Shown here: positions 50,099-62,724 of the stretch, piece by piece
Layout: the number at the start of each line of letters is the position of its first letter
Position numbering within the stretch: position 1 is the first letter of the stretch
DNA from: Adineta vaga
Taxonomy: Eukaryota; Animalia; Rotifera
Assembly: GCA_021613535.1 (NCBI GenBank)
Contig: CP075495.1
Location: forward strand, 10,974,001 to 11,038,000
Direction: 5' to 3'
Length of the DNA: 64,000 nucleotides
Program-made: the position numbers and the translations under genes
The notes under the pieces: generated by a model
Seen by the model: only the letters and a program-made list of their open reading frames with translations
Told to the model about the DNA's origin: nothing
Databases searched by the model: none

Positions 50099-53047
50099 AT
50101 GATTGTTCTTGAACCATATTCTTCCGAACTTCTATGGATATTAATTGTGGGTTTTATTATTGCATTTGTGTTAGCATTTGGAATCGGAGCTAACGATGTT
50201 GCTAATTCATTCGGTACGAGTGTAGGTAGTAAAGTAATAACATTACGACAGGCATGTATCCTTGCAACAATATTCGAAATACTTGGATCGATTTTAATTG
50301 GTAAGAAGAAAATAAATTTTATTAGAAAATTTATGATTAATAATTTAGGAGCAAAAGTGTCAGATACGATACGGAAAGGGATCATCGATCCAATGTTATT
50401 CGAAGATCCAAAAGAATTAATGCTTGGTCAAGTATCATCATTACTTAGTAAATCAAATAGTGTCAAAGAATTTCTTTTTAAATCATTTTTATTTCTTTTT
50501 AGGTTGTTGTATTTGGTTATTAGTTGCGACATTCTTTAATTTACCAGTCTCTGGTACACATAGTATTGTTGGTGCAACTGTTGGTTTTGCTCTTGTTGCT
50601 CATGGTTCTCGTGGTATCAAATGGATTGAATTTGCCAAAATTGGTATGTAATATAAAAACTAGTAATCAGTTGTTCACTGTATGAAATAAATCTATTATC
50701 AAGGTGGTTCATGGTTTGCTTCACCAGCATTAGCTGGTATCATATCGATTGCTGTTTTTACGTTCATACGAAAATTTATTCTTGAACAAGTAAAAATTTA
50801 TCTATGAATAAAATCGAATAAAATATTGTTTGTTATTAAGAATGATCAATTAAAAGTTGGTCTTCGTTGGTTACCGGCTTTCTATGGTGTTACAATTATG
50901 ATCAACGTTTTTTCCATACTTCTTTCAGCGCCACCTCGTTCGTTATATATATATATATATTTTAATCATTGATTGTAAACAATTTGAAATTGTTAATTTA
51001 GTTTTATATTTTGATCGTATTCCATTATGGGGAAAATTTGTTGCAACAATTCTTGTTGGACTTCTTGTTGGTTTATTTGTAATGGTTTTTGTTAAACCAC
51101 GCATGAGAAAAAGCATTGAAGGTTAGATACAATAATCTTCACTTTTTGAATATGGTATAAGAAAAGTTTTCTTTTTATTTAGAACTACTAAGAAAAAAAC
51201 AAGATCTTGACAGTCGAGGAGAAGAACCACAGTTGACTAAAACTGACGGACGATTTGAAACTTATACCGGTAAATTTTTCATCCGAGCATTTCATTCTAC
51301 TAATACATTTTTTTATCAACATCTAACATAAAAAACTGAGCAAATGATTGTTTTTTCTGCTCTTGAAATTTGCTCAATGTAAATTATCAAATGATGTAGG
51401 TATTGATTATGATGAATAATTTTAGTAACTCGTTTGGAAAATGTGAATACCAGTGACAAAGAAACACAAATTGATCATATATCAATGTTGAAAGAATTTG
51501 ATTTAATTCGTTATCAACAAAAACATCCCGATCAATTTCGTCCTTACGGTAAGAAAAACGACAAATAAATTGAATCTTAATCTGAATGATTGTTTTAGTT
51601 GAAATGCAACGAATTCGAAAAGATTCCGAAACAATGTCGAATGCAGGTGCAAGTACTATTTCACGTGTTCGCCGTGAAAGTGATCGTTATCGTGGTGATA
51701 ATACTCTATCCGATGTTGGAAGTATTAGTGGTCAACGACCCCTACCAATTGTTTGTGAATTCATTTAAATAAGATTCTCTTCATTAAATTTTGTTTTTTT
51801 AAGAAAACCAAAATCTATCGTCTTCCACAATATACCAATCCAACTAGTGCACCTGGTTCAATTTCAAATGAAAATAAAAGTTTATTATTATCTGCGGGTA
51901 ATCATTTTTCTATCTTTTTTACATATTTATTTGGTGATGGTTAGATATATCTAAATATTCTTTTAGTTTATATGTCCCGTAAGTGAGATATTTATTGAAT
52001 CGATCAATATAAATATATATATAAGATAAAGAAAATTTATTGCTAAAATGATTTCAATCAATTTTTTATGCATTATTGTGCATGTAATTCATATAGGGGA
52101 TTCATATTTGAGAAACAATGTATATTGATATTTTGCTCATGCTCATGCTATATTCTCTTTTTTTGGGCGTGCCTTTAGTTATATCATGAAATGAATTGAT
52201 ATATAATATATAAACACGTTTCTTTTCTTTTGTTTTTGTCTTTGATTAGATGATGATGATAATCTGTCAACAACATCAGGCAATCCACACAGTTCAAATG
52301 GAGAATTAGATGAAGTTGAAGATAAAATGCCGGAAATTCCGGAGAAAAAAGTTTGTTAAAAAAATGAAGTGACGTTTAATATGATTTTTTTTATGTAGAA
52401 AATAATTGACACAACCAATGATTCGATTGAAGTTGCTGGAATTTTTAAATATCTACAAATTCTTACAGCTATTTTTGGTGCTTTTGCTCATGGTGGTAAT
52501 GATGTCAGGTAAGTTTTTGTTTCGAAAGGAAAGTAGTTTGCATTCTTGTTTTTCTTTCAAGTAATGCTATTGGCCCATTGATTGGTCTCTGGTTAATCTT
52601 TGTTGATGGTAGTGTAGCTGCTAAATCAAACACACCACTCTGGGTACTTTTCTATGGTGGTCTTGGAATATCAGTTGGTCTATGGGTTTGGGGTCGTCGA
52701 GTTATTCGTACAATTGGTGAAGACTTGACAAAAATTACACCATCAAGGTAATGAATCTTTACTGTTCGTTTATGAATCATTGACTTTCAATCGTTTGATT
52801 TTCTAGCGGTTTTGTAATTGAAATTTCAACTGCATTTACTGTTCTTTTCGCATCAAATTTATCCATTCCAATCAGTACAACTCATTGCAAAGTTGGTAGT
52901 GTCGTAGCTATTGGTCGTTTTCGTTCGAAACAAAGTGTGGATTGGTCATTATTTCGTAATATTATCGTCGCTTGGGTTGTTACTGTTCCTGTCACAGGTG
53001 GAATTGCCGCAGGTGTTATGGCTCTTCTACGTTTTATGTTTCTCTAA
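50099..53047 (+). CDS. SLC20A: Sodium-dependent phosphate transporter, PiT/SLC20 family
   Basis: [52 protein letters not shown] and [11 protein letters not shown]. Confidence 0.96.
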
Positions 53048-53264
53048 GATATTCATTTTTTTTGCTTTAATAACCAGTGTGAACAATACGAATTTATTTC
53101 GTCTCTTCGTTTTTTTTATTTCGCTTTTTTTTTAGTATTGAACACAAACTAATATTCTAGAGGCATGATCTTTTCCGATTATCATTTGATAATGTATTAG
53201 CAAATTAATAAATAATTTTAGATCTTTTCTTTTTTCTTTGAAAAATATTTCTGTATGTTAAATA

Positions 53265-56200
53265 ATGGCACATAGTAAGGTAAATTAGATAGTTAGAATA
53301 TCTAAGACTTCATTTGGTGACTTTGTTTGTTTGTTTGTTTGTCTGTAGGAAGCATTAGCACTTGTTGTTGATATTGGTGCTGGAATGTGTGATGCAATAC
53401 CAGGATATGATTCACCGTTACAGATGGCATCTGATATTCTTCAAATGATTGTTCAACGTAAGGTATGTATCATCGTATAATCAAAGATTTCTTGTAAATT
53501 TTATTTATTTATTAATATTAAGAAATCATTCATAGAAGATCGTATTGTTTAATATCTATTGAAAGTAATATTTATTTGAGTTTTATAACTTTTATATTCT
53601 TGCTTTGATGATAACTGATCGCTTCTAATAATAAACAACAACAACAGTATTCGAGAAGTTCAACTTAGTAATTAGCATACTCTTTGCTTTCGAGAAAAAA
53701 ATAGCTTGTTGATTTAAATTATCATTAAGTTAAATTATTCGTTTATACGTATCTGTTGTTTGCTTACAATTTCTTGCTTTTGTCTTACTATTTTTTCCTC
53801 TTATTATTGATTATTCTTTTTCTATGAATAGATGTTTCAAGAGAGTAAAGATGAATTAGCATTGATTCTCTATGGTGCTGATGAATCAAACAATGATTTA
53901 GCCGATGAAGATAATTATCGTAATATTAATGTTGTCTTTCCACTTTCACCAGCAAATTGGCATCTATTTGAAGAAATACAAAAAATCAAACCTGGCAATA
54001 ATCCGGCTGATTGTAAAAAATACTATTCGTTTGATAGATAGATCGATCATTGAATTGAACTTTGCTTTTCTAGTGGTGGATGCTGTTGTTGTTGCTGCCG
54101 ATCATCTTCGTCGTGAGACTGAGTGAGATGAATACGAACAAGTTTTCGATTAGAAAAAAAATATTTATTTGCAGAGGAAAACATGGTTTTGCAGCAAAAC
54201 GTGTGATGTTATTTACGAATGCAGCAACAACATTTAGTGATCATAGTCTTAAAACAATTCTGGATTCTCTTCGACGTCAAGATATTATTGTAGATGCTAT
54301 TGGTCCAACATGGGGTCAAGCAGATGAAGATGATAATCAAGAAAATAATTATTCCGATTCACCGATAGAATTAAATGGGCATGATAATGATGAAGAACAG
54401 TCAGATGCTGCTCGTCCAACAACAAATGGCCATCAGAATCATCAAACTCAGAAGAAACCTTTAACACAACAACAACAAACGGGTATTCGAGTTATTGGTG
54501 AAATTGTTAATAATACTGAAGGAACTTTATTTACATTTCGGTATGTTTTCAGGGAGAAAAAAAGAGACGTCTTGATCTCTATTTCTTTTCTCTTTTTCTA
54601 GAGAAGCATTAACTATTCTCAGTGTTCATCAATCAAAAATAGTCAAACCTACAGCAACGAAATATATCATGCAATTAGCTGATCTTAAATTACATATTTG
54701 TACTTATATTCAGGTTGAAATGAAATGACAATTAATATTAAAACTGTAACAACTTCTATTTTATATAGGTTAAAGATAATAAGCCCGGAATTTTTCGTTT
54801 TAAAAAAGTGTATGCACGTGATCCAACAACAGAAATAAAAGTTGATCGTGGACGTTATACGAAAGATGAACAAGATCAAGAAATTGAAAAAGAAGAATTA
54901 ACAGATGGCTTTCGTTATGGCACAACATTTGTACCGATTAATAAAGAAACACTTGATGAAATGAAGTATCAAAGTGAAAAATGTTTCTCTATTATCGCAT
55001 TTTCCGATGCAAATATGGTATGTCAGATTTCTTTCTTTTTCGAATGATATTTTCTTATCTGATGCACTGTATTTTGTTTTAGATGAAGCGAAGTTTATAC
55101 TTAGGTGATACTGTTTATGAAGTAATTGCTGAAGCGAGTTTTGAAGTATGTATTCGTTGAATGAAAAATGAATGCTAGATTAAATGACTTTCATTAAGTA
55201 TTGAATAGTTAATTGCATATGATTATTTCTTTGAAAAGAAGAAATATCTTTTCTACTGTAATTTATTGCATTGTAGGAAGAAGCTCAAGCATTTGCTGGT
55301 CTTGTTCAAGCTATGTATGACACAAACACCGTTGCTATTGTTCGTAAATGTTTCAGCGAACGAAGTGCACCTGAACTTGGCTATTTACGTCCACATATTG
55401 CACACGATCATATTGTAAATCAAGAAATAGCTTGTATTGATAAGAGATATGGACACAAATGTTTTTCTATCTAGTGTATGTATTATATAAAATTACCATT
55501 TGCTGAAGATTTACGTGAGTTTGAATTTGATAATCTCGATGCAATTAAAAAGAACCATCCAAGCGATGAACAATTAAAATGTATTGATAATTTAATAACT
55601 GCAATGGATTTGACACATGCTGATCGAGGGTATGATTCAATTAACACTATAGGTAGATGTAAATTCATAATTGATTTTTCTCTACTTAGTGGTGAAGAAG
55701 CACTTCGACCAGAATATGTATTTAATCCATATATTCAACGAATGTTTCAAGTATGCTAATTTCAAAGATTTTCTGTAATTTAAATCGAATTTTAGTCCAT
55801 TGCTCGACGTGCTGTAACACCTGATGAACCATTGTCATTATCGAATACAATTATGGAAATGAATGATACATTATTACGATCACTTGCTGCGAAAAGTAAA
55901 CGAACATTAGATGCAATTCATGAAAAATTTGTTCTTCGAGATACGGATCGTCGACAAAAGATCACTACGGGTGATGCTTTGTTTGGTAATATTGATGGGT
56001 AAGATAAAACAAATTTTTTATGAAATTCGAAAGGAAAATTCTTTTGATTTAGTTCGTCAAAGAAACCTCGTCTAGATGAGAATGAAAATATTGAAGAACC
56101 AACAACGGACTCAGGAATTACAAATGCTGATTCTGCTTCTTTCGAAACTCAAGCAGCAGCAAAAAAGAAAGCAGCTATACGAAATGTTGGTACATTGCAC

Positions 56201-56742
56201 CAGTTGAAGATTTCAAATTTTTAATCGAACAAGGTTCACCATCACTTAATGAAGTCTGCAAACAAATGGCTAATCTTATTCTTGAATTAGTTAATAATTC
56301 CCATGGTGATGCATTATTTGAGAAAGCATTTCAATGTTTACAATGTTTACGTGAAACATGTATGAATAAATTAGAGCCAAAGCTTTTCAATGATTTAGAA
56401 TTCTTAATTAAAAAACAAGCATCAACGATCGATGGACGAAAAGATTTCTGGAAAAAACTTGTTGATGGTATGTTAATCTTAATTTAATACGACATGATTT
56501 CTTCAATGTTCGTCTTTTTTTATTAGAAAAATTTAGTTTAATTACCAATGAAGAATGTGTTGAATCAAATGTTATACCTATTGAAGCTATTAAATTTCTT
56601 GAAGAAGAAACACCTGCTGAAATTCTTAATAATGCTGGAACAACCAATGAACAAGATGGTGAAGATGAAGATCTGGTTAGTTTAAACGGTATTCAAAAGA
56701 AAAAAGTATCATTTTTATTTATTCTAGTTTGATCTTATTTAA
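53265..56742 (+). CDS. XRCC5: Ku80 with an apparent 1-nt deletion near 56194
   Basis: vWA MFQESKDELALILYG, GFRYGTTFVP, YIKLPFAEDLR, IDNLITAMDL, NPYIQR, KAFQCLQCLRE, and C-terminal EDEDLFDLI. Confidence 0.95.
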
Positions 56743-56957
56743 ATCATAATTTCGTACAAATACACGTATACACGATTCGTCAATCATACATTTAGACAAT
56801 GAATTCCAAAGAAAAAAAAATCGTCATGTTTGTAAAACTTAGTTTCTTTTCTTTGACGTGAATTTCTGTCCGTCCTTGTCTTTTGTTATTGTAAAAAAAT
56901 TAAACAAATACACCTCAACGAGTAACGTAGGTATTAATAGTTTATAAATAAAAGTAA

Positions 56958-58225
56958 TTACATAGCTAATGAAATATCTTCTTGTATTGATAATTTTGAA
57001 CTATATTCCGTTTTCATTTTCATACTACTTGTAATAGTTCGTATTGGTTGATCATTACTCAATGTCGTTTGATACAATGATCCAACATCATAAGTATCAT
57101 GTTCAGTTAATACAGCAACTAAACGATAGAATTGTAAGAAAAGAATAATGCCATTTTTACATGTGAAAAAGACTGTTGAATAACTTCGAACATCAAATTT
57201 AATAACAGCAACAAGACGAAGAGCTAATTGTGTTGCTGAACAACTCATGAGATTTAATTCATAGAGATACCATGCATCATTTTCAAATAAACGTTGCATT
57301 GGATAGAGAAGAAACATTCGTCGACGACGACGTTTTTTAATTGCATGACGAAAACTATCTAAATGTGCTGAACGATTGGTTTTACCAGCTGCTGATACAT
57401 TTGTAGCAAATTGTAATAATGACCATGATAGAACAGTTAATGTTGCTAATAACATTCGTTGAGAAGTAAGAACATGATCTTCATTCAATATTGTTAATAA
57501 GTCTACAATATCCGATGCAATTGACATATAAACAAGTAATAATTGTGATAAATTAGAACGACTTGTAATACCTTTTGGTAATAACCAACGACCAACAATA
57601 ATCAAAAATAAAAGTGATAATTCTAATGCCATTATTTTCGTATGTAAATCAACATTGACAGGAAGCTAATCGAAAAGCAAAAGAAAAGATGATGCGATTC
57701 AAATAGAGAAAAAAAAGAAAAGAAAAACAATTCATTTTTATACTTTTTTCAGTAGATCATTATAAGGTAATGCTTGACTCGGATAGAATTCATCAGTACC
57801 CATACGAATCATAAATTGATCGGAGAATGCTGTATTTGTACTATTACTACCTGTACGATAACTCGTTCGTCGTATATCAACACGACGCATTTCTAATAAC
57901 CATAAACATGGCATTGATGATAGGATAAAAATAAGAAACGAAGGTGAAAACCTAAATATACAGAATTTAAATTGCAAACAAAAATCGATATAAATCAATT
58001 GTCATACCATTTTGGTTCATGTCCTTGTCGTTCAATAATAGTAACAACAAGTTCAATCAATATAAATATCGTTCCACATAAATTCATCAAACACCAATAA
58101 TCTTTCATATCATCGTAAAGAAAATAAGTTGCAACTAAATTATGTGAACAAAATGCAAGACGTACAATCGTTGCTTGAAGAATATCAAACGATTGACAAA
58201 TACGATAATGGATTGTTGCAAGCAT
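56958..58225 (-). CDS. TMEM26-like multipass membrane protein, 3 exons
   Basis: KWFSPSFLIFILSSMPCLWLLE, LIIVGRWLLPKG..SRSNLSQLLLVYMSIASDI and VFFTCKN. Confidence 0.85.
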
Positions 58226-59209
58226 TCGATTTCCCTTTTAATATCGTTTTAGTGAATGTCAATAATCATTATTTATATGTCATTTTTAACAATAGATTTA
58301 AAAAAGAAAAGAGAAAAATGCAGGAAAGAAATTTGTGTTTCTATTCATTAGCTTTTGACAAGTGTTAGTTGATTTGATGATGTTATTGTCATTGCCATTG
58401 ACAATCGACAGTGAACGACAACGACAAAATAACAGGAATAGCAGACAAACGAATTGCATGTCTACATTTTTGATTATCATTAGTAAATCGATTAGATATG
58501 AATGATCTCTCATGTACTTGATAATATCTCGATCTTTTCAAACGAATCAACTAATATGATTTTCATATTAGACACGATAATGAAATGTTTTCAAGAACGA
58601 AAATATAAATCAGATGTTGATCTTTATATTAGTACAAAAAAACTTGCCGATAGTTTCTATTTATGCATGGTACGAAAGAATATTTTAACATCAACTACAA
58701 TGAGAATATAATTTGTTAACAATAAAATTATATTTCTTGTAATACGAATAGTTATTGAGTTAATAAAGAGACAAAAAAAAGTAGTTTATTCTTTATTGTT
58801 TATTGATAGATAGATTATTTTTAGACATGCTTTTACATCGATATAATTTGACTGGAGGGAATAGAAATTAATCAATTACACTTCGTATTCAATTCAGTCG
58901 GTAAATGTCAATCATAGTGCATCTGTATATTAGAGAAGAGTATACTGAATTTGAACGTTCATAAATCTAAAATAAAAATAAAAACTTGTCAATATAATTA
59001 ATTATTCCTAATATTTGCCAGACAATCATCTGTTCTTTATATTTAGTACATGAAATAATCAATGCAAGAGTAATGTTTTTTCGTCGTGATCGAATACAAG
59101 GTTAATAGATCCCTGGATGTGAAGAAAGGTTCTAGAATACTAATTATCAACATTGATCTCTGATATCGAACTTGATAATTAAATTTGTTTGCATTCTAAT
59201 TATAATCAA

Positions 59210-61360
59210 ATGGTTTCAAAAAACGATTTCAACGACGAACATTTCGATATAGTTGATATCGATGAAGAAGATAAGGAAAAGAAAATTCATCAATGTATAT
59301 CGAATTCGTCATTTTCTGAGAATAGAAATGAACAATTCAATGATCTTCTAGCATTAAGTTCTCTAATATCACAGCCAGGCAATACAGATGATTTAACATC
59401 GTCTGAAAGTCGTTTGATACATTCGAAAATTCAACGTTTATTTCATTTTCTTGTGAATGATGTTTATAATGAATCAATGACTCGAGCACAAGGCGAACAA
59501 ATTTCAAATTTAACTCAAATTGATCATACATTGATAAATTTAAATCGAAATGCAACTTTAAAATTTCGAAATTATAAACAATTTCGTGAACAAGTTTGTT
59601 TGTTTGAATTCTGTTTTTCATAAAAAAAAGAATACAATCATTCTTTAGCTATTAGCATCTTCTAATATACGACGAAATACAAGTGAACCATTAAGAAATT
59701 CAATTGATCGAAAAACATACTTTAATCAAATGACAAATAATTTTAATTCACAATATCAATCATTGCGTTATCGCATTCATTGGCTTGTTCATAGTTCATT
59801 TTTTAAATGGTTCATCAGTATCGTCATTTGTTTAGATGCCGTAAGTTTAAACTTCATTATTTTATTAACTCATTGACAATATCATATTCATGCAGATTAG
59901 TGTAGCAATTACAGCAGAATATAGTGCACCAGATGATTCTCAAACGATGATTTATCGTATAGCTATATTTATTAATCGATGTATTTTATTTGTCTATTTA
60001 TTTGAATTAATTTTCAAATGGATTGGTATTTATCTCTTAATTATTCTAGTAGATAACGAGAATTTGTTTCTATTTAGATAATTTTACAAATTTTTGGTAT
60101 TCACCCGTTAATATTTTAGAATTCATTCTTACAGCTATATCATTAATTAATTTAATAAGTGAAATTTATATTGATACAACTGATGATACAAGTCTCGAGA
60201 TAAATAGAAAGTTTCATAATAATAATCACGATAAAAAAACAACTCATACTTTACAACGTATCAGGTAAACTAACATATTTTCTTCTCGTTAATTCGATAC
60301 ATAAAATGGACATTATCTATATTTGATATTTAGATCCTATGGTTCGATTTTATCACTATTTCGGACATTACGTATGTTACGTATTTTACGTATATTAGAA
60401 GTTGCATTTCGTTTTACACAAGTACGAATTGTATTTATTGCTTTAAGTCGTTCAGTGAAACTTATTTTTCATGTTGTTCTTCTAACAATTATAATCAATT
60501 ATTTTTTTGCATTGATTGCTCTTTATTTAACACAATTTGGATTGAATACAACATCGGAAGAACATAGCAAAAAGATAAATTTATTATTTGGAACAGGTTT
60601 TACAAAAAGCAATCTTTCTTTTTTGAAAAATCTCTCTCTCTCTATATATATATATATTCGTAGTACCTCGTGCATTTATAACTGTTTTTCGTTTATTTAC
60701 TAAAGATGAATGGTTCGAAATTAAATTAGAAATGTATTCTTTAAAAATCAATCCATTTATTATTGATCTATATGTTATTAGTTGGCTATTCTTTGGTGGT
60801 TATGTACTCAATCCATTGTTGATTGGAGCAATGGTAGATTTCTTTACTTCGATCGAAGAAAACTTTTTTGAGATTTGTTTGTTTCCGTACAGGTTGGAAC
60901 ATTTGATGAAACTCGAAAGGAATTAACTGAAGGTATTAAACATATCATATCGAAAACAGATCTAACATTAAATGAAACGAATTCAATGGAAAATGAATCA
61001 TCATCAACATTTTCTTCATTTCTTGAACATATCAATTCAATTGATACTGAAAATGATCGATTCGATGAATGGCTTCGTCTTACTTCGGATCAAATTCGTT
61101 TACTTAGTTAGTTATCAATATTTTATGATAATTTATGTTTGTTTTTAGTTCAGGATCGTACTGAAGTTCGATGGCCTATTTATACAGCATTTTATTATCT
61201 TCAATTACTTGAAATCTATTTTGAAAATCTTGTTGAACGACAATTATTATTTGATTTTTTTTCAATTCATTTACTAACATTACATGAGAGAGAAACGAAA
61301 TCTTTAAATCCACCAATACTTTCATCATCATCGTCGTCGTCATCGGACGATGAAGGATAA
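59210..61360 (+). CDS. CATSPER2: Single-repeat 6TM voltage-gated cation channel subunit, CatSper2-like, 8 exons
   Basis: S2-S3 ELIFKWIDNFTNFW, S4 RTLRMLRILRILE..RFTQVRI, pore FITVFRLFTKDEW, S6 ..IGAMVGTFDETRKEL, and C-terminal WPIYTAFYYLQLLEIYFENLVER. All GT-AG exons join without stops. Confidence 0.8.
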
Positions 61361-62724
61361 TTATAAACAGATGTTAACGAATATTTTCTCAATCTTCAAT
61401 CATTTATTTTAAAAACTACCGTTTGTACAATATGTGGCCGTGCATAACCCAATCGAACTAGAAGATATTCTAGAAAATAGAAGGCAGATTTATAATATAA
61501 AAAGAACTTATTTATTATATTATTTTACGGAATACAAATAGAAATTCTTCTAGAAATAATAATAATATAAAAACTGTTATCGTTAACATCACTTCTTGAG
61601 TTTTATATTCATTGAAAAGACGATATAGAGGAGAGATTGCTTTTATTTCACACAAATCTGTCATTGAATATAAGATTTGAAAAAAGCGCGTATTAACTAT
61701 TGATAACTAGACTTTCTTGTTTTTTCGCGTTATGCACCGATAACAAGTGTGGTACATAGTCAAGATGTCAAATGTACTACATTAGCCCGGTGTTAACGAA
61801 AAAAAAACTTTTCTTTCTATCTATACACAGACACATAGCCGCAAACGAATTTATTGCAGAGACAAAGAACAAAATATGTTTTCAATTTATTACTTTTCTT
61901 CTTTTTAATCTTTGATTAAATATTGAAGTTAACGAGAAACACGTGAAGAAGATAACAATTCGTACGATGACTAATGTACGTATAGGAAGTAAACAAACGT
62001 TAATTAATATCAATGATCCATATTGAATTGAATGTATTGATGAAAAAGACCGATTAGTTAGAAACAAGGACTCAAGACAGTAAAATTCTTAAAAGTGATG
62101 AATGCTATCATCTTCCGAAGCGAAATATGCATGTTTTATCTTTCATGACTTATTGTGTGTATACTGAACAGTTAGTAGAACAGTATCTGTTGTTGATTTA
62201 TATACATTTATAGTTACACCTCCAACTGCTAGCAATGAGCCTATTTTTTCTATTTAGTGTGCCTAGAATTGAATAATGTTACTTGAAAAAGCAAATGAAA
62301 TCTATATAGGTTAGCCATATTGTTTCAATCGAGTTTATCATTAATTCGTTTCTTTATTGTGTCTATAAGTGATAATATATACATGTATCATCTGTTTAGT
62401 TTCGTGTGTGTCATTAGATATTACGATAAAAATTATCTTTACAAAATGTACTTGAACGTGTTTTAGAAAAGTAAAACAATGCTAAGAAAGATATTTTAGT
62501 AGAGAAACTTGATATAAAGAAGAGTTTTCTTTAACTTTTCAAAATGAATCAAGTGATAATTTCAAGTGCATATTACATTAACCATATTGATTCTTTTCTC
62601 AACCTCTTTCTCGATGTATGTTTAACACACTTATTCCTATTGGTACATATTTTGGCCATAAGAAAATAAATTCATTGAATTCTTCAATCCGTCCGATTTG
62701 AAATAGAGTCTTCTTCATCTATAA

